Of a stretch of DNA of 36,565 bases, positions 26,201 to 33,469 are shown piece by piece. Position numbers and translations under genes: made by a program. Location: the IMG/VR virus record IMGVR_UViG_3300037400_001528; one strand, written 5' to 3'. The stretch is from a virus. The notes beneath the pieces are model-generated. The model was not told where the DNA came from, did not search any database, and worked only from the letters and a program-made list of their open reading frames with translations. Each line of letters starts with the position of its first letter. Position 1 is the first letter of the stretch.

Positions 26201-26948
26201 AAGCCAAATTGATTTAACCGCCACGCAAATCCACATCAACGCGCAGAATGTACAGATTGACGGCAAAACAATCATCAGTAACGCAAAAAAAATAAAAGCG
26301 GCTTTAATTGAAGTAGATGAACTTTTATCGCAAAATATAACACTGAAACAGAGTGGATATATTAAGAGTTCAAACTATGCGGAATCGGACGGCTACCCGA
26401 CAGCGGGTTTTATGCTGGACTGCGCAAACAATATTATCAAGGCGTATCAACTTCAAGCCGTGGGAGGGGTTTTTAAGGAAGGCATTTTTGAAGGGCTAGT
26501 TCAATGTGGAGTTTTCAACGTAACAAAAAGAACGATACAAACTAATATTTTATATTACAACACCGACCAAAAGTCAGACTTTGAAAGCTATTATAACGGA
26601 ACATGGGGACGTAAGTATAGCTATACGGGTTCTGTTGCCGCATTATATGGAGATAACTCTTATATTAGAATTGGGGAAAACAGATACAGAAATATAGATA
26701 TTCATATATATAACAAAAGAACCATAGACATTAGTTTTTACGCTTATAATGATGTGAATAATAAAATACTAATATATGAAGCGTACGGTTCTGCCGCGTT
26801 AGAATCGGATATGTATTATCCATACTGGATAGAACACTATCAAGAAAACGCCTTAATAGCAGAATTTGCCAATCTGCCAACTTTTGACCCCCACATATTA
26901 GGAATAGTATGGAATCAGGACGGGAGCCTCAAAGTATCGGCAGGGTAA
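23250..26948 (+). CDS. Host-specificity / central tail fibre protein (gpJ-like) with a fused gpI-like N-terminal beta-grasp and TM segment
   Basis: 1232 aa. The N-terminus KTPIEVKAGQTIREALPD...INGKIKNPGYRLKENDTVMIRLTPGS is ThiS/ubiquitin-like and is followed by a hydrophobic helix. Size and position match lambda I+J. The last ~220 codons are visibly AT-rich. Confidence 0.65.
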   Translation: MKATLYKELSNKKTPIEVKAGQTIREALPDFDLENAIILINGKIKNPGYRLKENDTVMIRLTPGSTTAVMITLIIVAVVAVGAGVAGGIAAYKAKLAAEKAQEELEKVKRLTNKSDIDNRPFLRGASNTLATGNSQPYIIGRHFFTPYLLSSPFYKITGTDGADEYTYTVLECGFNQQIIQKLAIDDIVIKSFSQTSPQEGAFNLDTGIFAEDGLVEIAQDGALLTELPALNYKTESKACNDEIPHDSDVVAGTQKYLTYTLNPYAKDVDIAITFPYGLYAMNDDGDKIETQTTITPQYSLDGGSTWTDFTFDNNGTATNTFKRNVSTKELRYVAHKDFTLANYNTLYANGQKSIYIRIRNNGNAGDSMIHNDCYVLYYQSVCFDPDKSADELIPCKIVEDRERAFCTILGLKLKATKINEDKLKKINIISHGVARTWNGTEWSSTKSATRNPAAWVLEIETSDSHPASKYLDSEIDLDSFGDYYEWCELNGYKFDYVITQNMKKDDVLNYIMEATGACIYTDIYGRRAVAFDHPQENALAVYNPQNIIDIQNKKTFGRRTDALRIKWVNSSDDLFQEDTYLLMREVDGVPLTLNENSIIKDVTITGITTFDHIVKYARRLMSVEILRPKTTIIEVGNEGIFYTPLSKILIQDDSLKIGIGKGYTIRECVWQSGLLKKIYTNELLTFDPQKSYGIIVNCYSIDDGKPVAIKVTGTGTTDELTVITPIRSSAAFKPESGNIFSFGELDTDGEFSKVTNEYLIGDIKRSDKGFNLELVNYNEAIYDSGTIPEYKSNITKKATAEKKGIPADAVTHEELLETVATVDGTKAAQEAANEVVHGIHFTNVHRIKDMELSLEEILDRIDSDAAEAAAGISVSEEEILMKVADTEAELLAVLDIQASAITAMVQGGGATGQMSLSLELPVMIDATTRAQFVQASTEAKVAAVYAQLEGTSGAGIRYAIKGSASNAAVKALWDDAVAGALIASQIDLTATQIHINAQNVQIDGKTIISNAKKIKAALIEVDELLSQNITLKQSGYIKSSNYAESDGYPTAGFMLDCANNIIKAYQLQAVGGVFKEGIFEGLVQCGVFNVTKRTIQTNILYYNTDQKSDFESYYNGTWGRKYSYTGSVAALYGDNSYIRIGENRYRNIDIHIYNKRTIDISFYAYNDVNNKILIYEAYGSAALESDMYYPYWIEHYQENALIAEFANLPTFDPHILGIVWNQDGSLKVSAG

Positions 26949-26958
26949 TATATTTTAA

Positions 26959-27645
26959 TTATTGAATATCTTTAAAACGAACCTCCCGGATGCGACCCGT
27001 ACGAAGAATCATATCATTTAGGTAATCTTTTATTTCGGTTTTTACAGCTTCATTTACCGGGGAAAAATCGGCGGCGTTTTTTTGGGCGATGAAAACCTTT
27101 AGATAATCCTTGATTATAAAATCATAGCTGGCTATTTCCGACGGCGTAGTTGTATCATCGGGTTTATATCCGAAAGAAACGGAGAGCGAAACCGCTACGC
27201 CGTCCGCAGTTTTATTTTCAACGGTAAACTCTTCCGTCCACGAATAAACATCACCAGATGTTTTGTAGTAATCAGCTACCTCAAATTCATACGGTATATC
27301 ATCGAACTTGACCGAATAACGCCCCTTTGAGCATTTTGCCTTTAATTCAATCGGCTTTACAGAATAATAATCATAGCGCGAGCCGTCTTTTTTTGCGAAA
27401 TCGAATAATTCCAAACGGTCGCCGTCTATTGGTAAATCGGCGGTATAAAAATAAACGCCGTTCAAAGTCCATTCGATATTTTTTATTCCCGCACCAGTAT
27501 TATTATTTACCCAGTAAAACACCTGCGGGACATTAAAATCTTTTGAGTTATTTTCTACGCTGATATTGAGATTTTGAGCCGAGCAGGAAACAAACTGAAC
27601 GGTAAAGCAGACCAAAAAAGCCGCAAACAAGGATTTGCTTTTCAC
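26959..27645 (-). CDS. Lipoprotein (candidate superinfection-exclusion / moron product)
   Basis: From the GTG at 27645: VKSKSLFAAFLVCFTVQFVSCSAQN has a basic n-region, a hydrophobic core and Cys after FVS. The G8 tract sits 5 nt upstream as an SD. The track start at 27660 is a GTG inside or adjacent to the G tract. Confidence 0.6.
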   Translation of the reverse strand: MKSKSLFAAFLVCFTVQFVSCSAQNLNISVENNSKDFNVPQVFYWVNNNTGAGIKNIEWTLNGVYFYTADLPIDGDRLELFDFAKKDGSRYDYYSVKPIELKAKCSKGRYSVKFDDIPYEFEVADYYKTSGDVYSWTEEFTVENKTADGVAVSLSVSFGYKPDDTTTPSEIASYDFIIKDYLKVFIAQKNAADFSPVNEAVKTEIKDYLNDMILRTGRIREVRFKDIQ

Positions 27646-27650
27646 TTCTA

Positions 27651-27658
27651 CCCCCCCC
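27651..27658 (-). repeat. G8 homopolymer (C8 on the + strand), 5 nt upstream of the lipoprotein start
   Basis: The minus strand reads GTGGGGGGGGtagaaGTG. Confidence 0.85.
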
Positions 27659-27702
27659 ACTTATGTATAGTACATTTATGAGGGTTGATATAATTTAAGA
27701 TT

Positions 27703-27730
27703 TGAATGATTCATTATACCACGAAACGCT
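27703..27730 (-). promoter_or_regulatory. Sigma-70-type promoter for the lipoprotein gene (minus strand)
   Basis: The minus strand reads TTGATT (27730-27725), a 16-nt spacer ending in TGG, then TATAAT (27708-27703), i.e. an extended -10 of the TGnTATAAT type. Confidence 0.55.
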
Positions 27731-27747
27731 AGAAAATCAACTTGTTT

Positions 27748-29001
27748 CTAACCCGCGCGGATTGTAGCCCGCCCGCTATGCGTGTCGGTGTAGAAATAGC
27801 GGTAAATCAATTCTTTCTCGACAATCGACATTTGGTCGCCTACGCAATCAGTTATCGGCTCGGCTAATTCTACATCGTAGTATCTGCCGTCCATGTAAGC
27901 TCGTAGCCCGAAATTTTCAGACAGGCATAGAATAAAACGAACGCAGGAAGCATATTTAGCAATCAGTTTGAAAGAATAGCCGTGATAAATAAAATGCCCG
28001 TCCGCATGGGTTTTCTTTTCTGCGCGTACCGAAAACAGGTAATCAAAATCAACATCGGCGGCGGGCGGTGCTTTCCAGTGTAGGGCTTCATCTTGCGCGG
28101 GAACGGAAAAACGGGCGTTAAACCCGTCAATAAATCCATTTAAAAAAGCGTTCGCCTTTTCGATTGTATCAATATGCAGGAATCGGAAAATATAAGGAAG
28201 CCGTCCCTGCAAAGTTTGCCACAATCGTTCTATGCGCCCTTTGGCTTGCGGGGAGTATGCGGCAATCAATTCTATTTGCAATTCGCGACAAGTTTTTTGC
28301 CATTGCGTTTCAGATTTTTCCGCGCCCGCTAATTGCTCTTCCAGCGTAGCCCCGCGCGTAGTAAAAAAGCATTGCGCACGGTCGGAATAAATGGCGCACG
28401 GCAACAGGCCGCCCGTCCGTATAAATATCTGCCAAAGAAGCTGGTAATATCCTAAAAGACATTCATTCACGCAGAAATACAGGGCAACTACTTTATGGGT
28501 AGCATCATCTATCGCACCATGCAGGGTGACTTTTTGCCCGTTCATAAACCAATCATGCAGGGAAGCGTCAATCTGAATCAAATCGCCCTCATTCGGGCGT
28601 TCATCGCGCGGCAGATGTTTCTTTTTTTCACGCACAGGAATACGGGCGCGTGGCGACACAATGCCAGCCGAAGAAAGAGCTGTGTAAAAAGTCGTATACG
28701 ACGGCAGGACGGGATAATGCAGATAATCCGCGCAATCATCCCGGAACGAAGCGAACGGCGTGCCATCAAACTTTTTATAATCGGCGGCGATTTTTTCCCA
28801 ATCATATTTTTTATTTTTCGGCTTGCGCCCAGTATTGCCGTGAATCCATATAGCGTCGCCATATTGCACCCACCGAGATTTTAGTCGCCAAACCGAAACG
28901 GGGCGAATCCCGATTAAACGCGCACACTCCCGCTCGCTAATTTCCCCACGCGCAAACATCGGAATATAACGCATTTTTAATTTTTGTAACTCGTAATTCA
29001 T
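27748..29001 (-). CDS. DDE transposase/integrase with an rve core (ISNCY/IS1202-like)
   Basis: N-terminal HTH (ISERECARLIGIRPVSVWRLK) followed by LIQIDAS (D), AIYSDRAQCF (D) and YSPQAKGRIERLWQTLQGRL (E). I prefer the ATG at 29001, because the track start at 29067 is a TTG. Confidence 0.75.
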   Translation of the reverse strand: MNYELQKLKMRYIPMFARGEISERECARLIGIRPVSVWRLKSRWVQYGDAIWIHGNTGRKPKNKKYDWEKIAADYKKFDGTPFASFRDDCADYLHYPVLPSYTTFYTALSSAGIVSPRARIPVREKKKHLPRDERPNEGDLIQIDASLHDWFMNGQKVTLHGAIDDATHKVVALYFCVNECLLGYYQLLWQIFIRTGGLLPCAIYSDRAQCFFTTRGATLEEQLAGAEKSETQWQKTCRELQIELIAAYSPQAKGRIERLWQTLQGRLPYIFRFLHIDTIEKANAFLNGFIDGFNARFSVPAQDEALHWKAPPAADVDFDYLFSVRAEKKTHADGHFIYHGYSFKLIAKYASCVRFILCLSENFGLRAYMDGRYYDVELAEPITDCVGDQMSIVEKELIYRYFYTDTHSGRATIRAG

Positions 29002-29209
29002 GGTCTGACAATCGGACACGACACGGGGAACCTTTAGCACATCGGGAAAATATGCGATTTTCCGCAATCGTAATTATTTATTATATATAGATTTACTGCA
29101 ATCAATTATTTTGTTATACAAAATCTGCATTTGCATAATTTGCATAACGCTTGTATACAAATGCTATTTTTGCAGACAAGGCAAATACAAAGTAGATTTT
29201 TGCACTATG

Positions 29210-29280
29210 TATATGATTATGTATTTGTATATGATTATGTATTTGTATTTGATTATGTATTTGTATTTGAATATGATTAC
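29210..29280. repeat. AT-rich 18-nt tandem repeat (3 good copies plus 1 degenerate)
   Basis: tatatgattatgtatttg at 29210-29227 and 29228-29245 (identical), tatttgattatgtatttg at 29246-29263 (1 mismatch), and a degenerate fourth unit to 29280. Confidence 0.85.
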
Positions 29281-29336
29281 AGTAGTAATATATAAAGAGT
29301 ATGCGCCCAGCGCATAAGCGCGTAAACGCTCCGCCC

Positions 29337-29375
29337 TTTTTTGGAAAAATCAGCAATCGGCATTTTTCCAAAAAA
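29337..29375. repeat. 14-bp perfect inverted repeat with an 11-nt spacer
   Basis: ttttttggaaaaat (29337-29350) and atttttccaaaaaa (29362-29375). T precedes and A follows on both strands, so it is not terminator-like. Confidence 0.8.
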
Positions 29376-29391
29376 ACTTTAATTTTTGCGC

Positions 29392-29420
29392 TTGACTTTT
29401 CGGCGGGCTGGGATTATATT
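29392..29420 (+). promoter_or_regulatory. Sigma-70-type early promoter
   Basis: TTGACT (29392-29397), a 17-nt spacer, then TATATT (29415-29420). Faces the early operon. Confidence 0.6.
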
Positions 29421-29578
29421 TGAACCATACCCACCGACTACTTAATCACTCCATTGTTGACAATATCAACAACAGGCGAAAAAGTAGCCACGGGTTCAAA
29501 AACGAACGGCTACTTTTTGGTCTGTTGAGTAGCCGCTTGTTTCGGTACGAGCGACTATTACGGTAACTCGTAAATCAA

Positions 29579-29626
29579 AACCCGCAACGGATAACAGACC
29601 AATCCGAAGCGGGTTTTATTTTTTTT
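29579..29626 (+). terminator. Intrinsic terminator in the early leader, 15 nt before the first early gene
   Basis: aacccgc (29579-29585) pairs with gcgggtt (29609-29615), with inner cgga/tccg pairs, followed by ttattttttttt. A second terminator-like hairpin gtagcc/ggctac plus T5 lies at 29484-29518. Confidence 0.6.
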
Positions 29627-29640
29627 CAAGAGGTCTGAAA

Positions 29641-29853
29641 ATGGCAAAAAGAAACGCCAGCAACAACCCGCTTTTTAGGAAAATCCGCGAACTGGAAGAA
29701 AAAGCACTGAAAGCGGGAATCATCGGAAAAGACGACATCAAAACATCGGAAGCCATGCGAGAAGAAGCGTGGGAATGTTATCTAATCGGTCGCATGGAAT
29801 GGCTTGAAAAATCAATCAAAGAACACGAACTAGACACGGGGGCGGAATCATGA
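29641..29853 (+). CDS. Hypothetical early protein
   Basis: 70 aa with an AGAGG RBS. First gene of the early operon. Confidence 0.6.
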   Translation: MAKRNASNNPLFRKIRELEEKALKAGIIGKDDIKTSEAMREEAWECYLIGRMEWLEKSIKEHELDTGAES

Positions 29854-30182
29854 GCGGCTACCCTATCGAACTAATCACTGACTACAGGGCGGGAAAAATC
29901 AGTCGCCAGCAATTCACAAAACAATTCAGCGACTGGCAGAAATCACACGGCATTAACTACGACTGCAAGGGAATCGGCGGAAAAGTCTGGCTTGGATTAA
30001 CCTACCGCGGAAAAAATGCGGTTATCAAGAATGGCGTTATTGAATGGGTAAGCGGCGAATACCGCGACACCAAAAAGGGAAACCGCCGATTTATCCGCGA
30101 CACTGCGGGAAGCATTACGGAATTCATGCGTAAAGTTGATATAGCAATTTGCGACAGGCTAAGGGGCACGGCATGGAACTGA
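29850..30182 (+). CDS. Hypothetical early protein
   Basis: 110 aa with an ATGA start overlapping the upstream stop. Confidence 0.6.
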   Translation: MSGYPIELITDYRAGKISRQQFTKQFSDWQKSHGINYDCKGIGGKVWLGLTYRGKNAVIKNGVIEWVSGEYRDTKKGNRRFIRDTAGSITEFMRKVDIAICDRLRGTAWN

Positions 30183-30517
30183 AAGACATACCCGAAAGCG
30201 CGGTAATCCAGCAAGTGAAACAGGTAATCAAAGTGACGGGCTTGAAAATCCAGCGCATAAACACGGGCTGTTTCACAATCGGCGAGGGAGCAAACCGCCG
30301 CTTCATCAAGACGGCGGACGCGGGAACTTGCGACTTCGAGGGCTACGACAACATAGGGCGTTTCGTGGCGATTGAGTGCAAGCGACCGAGCGGCGGGCGG
30401 CTATCACCCGCGCAGAAAGAACGGATAGCGGACATCAACCGAAAAGGCGGCGTTGCCTTTGTAGCCCACAGCGGCGAAGAAGCACTGGCAAAGCTGAAAG
30501 AAAAACATTGCATTTGA
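30173..30517 (+). CDS. VRR-NUC domain nuclease (PD-(D/E)xK)
   Basis: GTCDFEGY...FVAIECKRPSGGRLSPAQKERIADINRKGGVAFVAHSGEEA matches the D...ExK VRR-NUC pattern. The ATG at 30173 overlaps the upstream stop. Confidence 0.7.
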   Translation: MELKDIPESAVIQQVKQVIKVTGLKIQRINTGCFTIGEGANRRFIKTADAGTCDFEGYDNIGRFVAIECKRPSGGRLSPAQKERIADINRKGGVAFVAHSGEEALAKLKEKHCI

Positions 30518-30533
30518 CAAGGGGGTGCGAGAA

Positions 30534-31079
30534 ATGCAGGAACAGGAAGAAGAGAAAAAGAAAATCCCGATACCGCAAATCATGCTGATTTTACTCCAGC
30601 AGTTGAACTACACGGCACACGAGAAAGAAGCGGTTTTGCAGTGCGAGGAAAGCGGAAGCAAGGTCGCAAACTTGCAGGGATTTTTAGCGGGCGTTCGCTC
30701 GTACAAGAAAGCCCTGCGCGATAACGGCTACACATTCGACATCAAGTTTGACAGCACGGAAGAGCGCAAACTGCCGTATTTCAGCGATGACGGGTGCGAG
30801 ATTGGGCTTGCAGAATTGCGCGAGGTATGCTCGGACATCGACGAAATGACCGACAGCGCGGACTATAAGAACTTCCAAGAATTGTTGCAGAAAGCCGTGG
30901 ACATTCAAAAAGACAGGCTTTTTTACACCAGCGAAAAGGGGCGTGATTTGCATTTTGCAAAAGGCTGGTATGAAGCCATGAGCGCGACAGGCGCAACCAT
31001 GCTCCGACTGCACACAGCATTAGACGCGGCAGAAAAGGAAGCCGCCGAAAGCCTGTCGTTTGACGACGACAGCGAATAA
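30534..31079 (+). CDS. Hypothetical early protein with an acidic C-terminus
   Basis: The ATG at 30534 has an AGGGGG RBS 8 nt upstream, whereas the track start at 30525 is a GTG. No motif recognised. Confidence 0.55.
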   Translation: MQEQEEEKKKIPIPQIMLILLQQLNYTAHEKEAVLQCEESGSKVANLQGFLAGVRSYKKALRDNGYTFDIKFDSTEERKLPYFSDDGCEIGLAELREVCSDIDEMTDSADYKNFQELLQKAVDIQKDRLFYTSEKGRDLHFAKGWYEAMSATGATMLRLHTALDAAEKEAAESLSFDDDSE

Positions 31080-31198
31080 GGGAGCGGGCGCAGAGGGCGC
31101 AAGCGGAAACGCTAGGCGGGTTCAAATCCCGCCCGTTCCAAAAGGCGGAAGCGGTGCGCAACGCGGAAGCCTAAAAAATTGATTTACGAGGTGCGAAC

Positions 31199-31372
31199 AT
31201 GAAAAACGCAATTTTGCAAATCTGCGAGAAATTACGCGGATATTCAAGCGATAAAGATTACTTCGAGGTAATCAAGGCGAATCAGAACGAGAACGGCGAC
31301 TTTGTTGTAGTTTGCCGCGCCGTAGAAGCACAGGCAGAACCACAGGGGGCAAAAGATGAAAGTGACAAATAG
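31199..31372 (+). CDS. Small hypothetical protein (57 aa)
   Basis: Hand-translated: MKNAILQICEKLRGYSSDKDYFEVIKANQNENGDFVVVCRAVEAQAEPQGAKDESDK. GAGGTG RBS. Overlaps the next start by 17 nt. Confidence 0.45.
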   Translation: MKNAILQICEKLRGYSSDKDYFEVIKANQNENGDFVVVCRAVEAQAEPQGAKDESDK

Positions 31373-32219
31373 ATTACATCTGCCCGAAGCATTTGTGAAA
31401 GCCGTAAGCGTTGAACGCCACAACAAGGCGGGGCAGTATTCAGCAACCACGCTCAACAAAGGCGTGAAAGAAATCATCTTACAGGAACGCCACTGGGAAG
31501 AATTCACCGTAGACGCGGCGGACAGCGTGTGGGCGACATTCGGCACGGCTTTTCATGCAATCATGGAAAAATACGAGGACGGCAACTTTCACGAAGAAAA
31601 GTTCGACATTGCCGTTTCAAAATCCCGCGTAACGGGCGTTGTAGACAGCTACGACATGGAGCGCGGAATCATCAACGACTGGAAAACCGCCAGCGTATAC
31701 AAGGTGATGAAAGGCGACTTTTCGGACTGGTACAAGCAGGGCATGACCTACGCATGGCTCTTGAAGCAGAACGGCTTAGATGTTCATAAATGCCGCTTCA
31801 TCGTCGGTTTGAAAGACCACAGCATGACAAAAGCGGAAACCGACAGGACTTACCCGCAAGCCCCCGTATTCATTTACGAGTTTGAGGTTACACCCGAAGA
31901 ACTCGCACAGACGGGCAAAAGAATCACCGCAAAAGTAAAGGCAATCGAAGCCGCCGAAAAACAGGGCGACGACGATATAGAGCCATGCACACCCGAAGAA
32001 CGCTGGGCGGACGGCGACAAATGGGCGGTAATGAAGAACGGACGCAAAACAGCAATCCGCGTTTTTGATACGGAAATCGACGCGGAAAACTGCGCGGGCG
32101 AACTTGGCAACAGCCACTATGTAGAACACCGCCCAGCCGTTAGCCGTAAATGCGGCAAATACTGCCTTTGCAAAGACTTCTGCAATTTCTACAAATCACA
32201 GAACGGGGGCGCGAAATGA
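31356..32219 (+). CDS. PD-(D/E)xK exonuclease, RecB/Cas4-like with a C-terminal Cys cluster
   Basis: FGTAFHAIME, VVDSYD, IINDWKT (D...D/ExK), QGMTYAWLL, and C-terminal CGKYCLCKDFC. Sits upstream of SSB and ERF as the recombination exonuclease. Confidence 0.65.
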   Translation: MKVTNRLHLPEAFVKAVSVERHNKAGQYSATTLNKGVKEIILQERHWEEFTVDAADSVWATFGTAFHAIMEKYEDGNFHEEKFDIAVSKSRVTGVVDSYDMERGIINDWKTASVYKVMKGDFSDWYKQGMTYAWLLKQNGLDVHKCRFIVGLKDHSMTKAETDRTYPQAPVFIYEFEVTPEELAQTGKRITAKVKAIEAAEKQGDDDIEPCTPEERWADGDKWAVMKNGRKTAIRVFDTEIDAENCAGELGNSHYVEHRPAVSRKCGKYCLCKDFCNFYKSQNGGAK

Positions 32220-32647
32220 CAGACTTAAACAGCGTTGTTGAAATCGGACGGCTTACCCGCGACATAAGCGAGCGCGATTTTGCGTATACGACAGCGGGCA
32301 AAGCACGGCTAAACCTTAGCATTGCCGTAAACCGTAGCGAGAAGCGCGGCGGCGAATGGGCGGACAAGGTAAGTTTTTTTGATGTGACCGTTTGGGGCAA
32401 GACAGCGGAAAACATCAAGCCATATCTGCACAAGGGCAAGCAGATAGCCGTGGACGGCTACCTTGACCAGCAGAGGTGGGAAAAGGACGGCGTGAGATAC
32501 AGCAAGGTTTGTATCATCGCGAACAATGTACAGTTGCTCGGCGGCAACGAAGCGCAGGGAGCGGCACAGCCGACAGCCCCGCAAGAACCAGCGGGCGACT
32601 ATTCGGACGCAGACGGCGGCGACTTTCCCGAAGATATACTGTTCTAA
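32216..32647 (+). CDS. ssb: Single-stranded DNA-binding protein
   Basis: OB-fold pattern (NSVVEIGRLTRD...FFDVTVWGKTAENI..YLHKGKQIAVDGYL), a Gly/Pro/Gln-rich linker and an acidic tip DFPEDILF. ATGA start overlaps the upstream stop. Confidence 0.85.
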   Translation: MTDLNSVVEIGRLTRDISERDFAYTTAGKARLNLSIAVNRSEKRGGEWADKVSFFDVTVWGKTAENIKPYLHKGKQIAVDGYLDQQRWEKDGVRYSKVCIIANNVQLLGGNEAQGAAQPTAPQEPAGDYSDADGGDFPEDILF

Positions 32648-32659
32648 CAGGGGGCAGAC

Positions 32660-33457
32660 ATGATACAGAGCGAAGAAATAAGCGAACTTTTAGCCGCGCT
32701 GGTAGAAGTTCAAAGCGAATTGCAGACAATTCAAAAAGGCGAAACCGCACAAGGAAACAAGTTTTCTTACAAATACGCAAGCCTTGACGCAATCGCACAG
32801 GAAATAAAGCCTATTTTGCATAATCACGGGGTAGCCTATATGCAGAGCGTAGGCGGTTTGAATACAAATGCACTGACCCTTACAACACGCATTTTTAACA
32901 ACAAGGGGCAATACATCGAGGACACCGCCGCTTTACCACCTGTAAACGGCGGAAGCAATGCGGCACAGGCTTTAGGCATGAGCATTACTTATATGCGTCG
33001 ATATGCGTTAAGTGCAATGCTCGGAATTACCAGCGATGAAGATACAGACGGAAACGGTTATAAAACAACTCCAACACAGGAGAGCCAGCAACCACAGAAA
33101 ACGACGGAAAAACAGCCGCAACCGACTACTTCATCAAAAAAGACATCAAAAACGAAACAGCCCGCAAAGTTGCCGTTCACACCAAAGGGCGGCGAATCGA
33201 CACCCGAAGAAAAGGCGCGAATAAAAGAACTTTGCGAAGCGAAATACGCAAACGGCAAGCGGATTTTCAGCAATGAAGAAATCAAGACATACAGCGGTTA
33301 CAGGCAGACGAAAACCGCCCGCGAATTGATAGCGTTCATTGAAAACGCCCTGCGCAACAGACGCGGTGACGCGCCCGAATTGCCGCCAGCCGAACCAGCC
33401 CCGCCCGCACAGCCGAGCGCGGAAAATTTAGCAGACCAAGCGTTTGACATTTACTAA
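32660..33457 (+). CDS. erf: ERF-family single-strand annealing protein
   Basis: KFSYKYASLDAIAQEIKPILHNHGV...LTTRIF...AQALGMSITYMRRYALSAMLGITSDEDTDGNG matches the ERF core. Low-complexity C-terminus. Confidence 0.75.
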   Translation: MIQSEEISELLAALVEVQSELQTIQKGETAQGNKFSYKYASLDAIAQEIKPILHNHGVAYMQSVGGLNTNALTLTTRIFNNKGQYIEDTAALPPVNGGSNAAQALGMSITYMRRYALSAMLGITSDEDTDGNGYKTTPTQESQQPQKTTEKQPQPTTSSKKTSKTKQPAKLPFTPKGGESTPEEKARIKELCEAKYANGKRIFSNEEIKTYSGYRQTKTARELIAFIENALRNRRGDAPELPPAEPAPPAQPSAENLADQAFDIY

Positions 33458-33469
33458 GGGGCGGCGGGA

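Noticed and set aside
27646-27660. Track start of the lipoprotein ORF at 27660 (GTG followed by the G tract, giving MGGVEV...)
   Set aside because: Starting at the GTG at 27645 gives a canonical signal peptide (KSKSLFAAFLVCF...) with the G8 tract as SD 5 nt upstream. The longer form would translate the homopolymer.
29210-29280. Possible CRISPR array
   Set aside because: The 18-nt units are directly adjacent with no spacers, are AT-rich and degenerate, and there are no cas genes. It is a simple tandem repeat.
27748-29300. Calling a bounded IS element, or a Mu-like transposable phage, from the DDE transposase
   Set aside because: I found no convincing terminal inverted repeats or target-site duplication by eye.

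The genome closes on itself without host flanks. It also encodes a DnaD-like organizer, a DnaC-like loader and ERF/SSB rather than a MuB-like partner.

Only the CDS is called. Its status as an IS or an integration enzyme is left open.
29519-29600. tRNA-like element in the early leader (8-bp closing stem ggtctgtt/aacagacc, 82 nt)
   Set aside because: I could not fold it into a cloverleaf. There are no D-arm or T-arm stems at the right spacing and no GTTCRA T-loop in place. I treat it as leader RNA structure.
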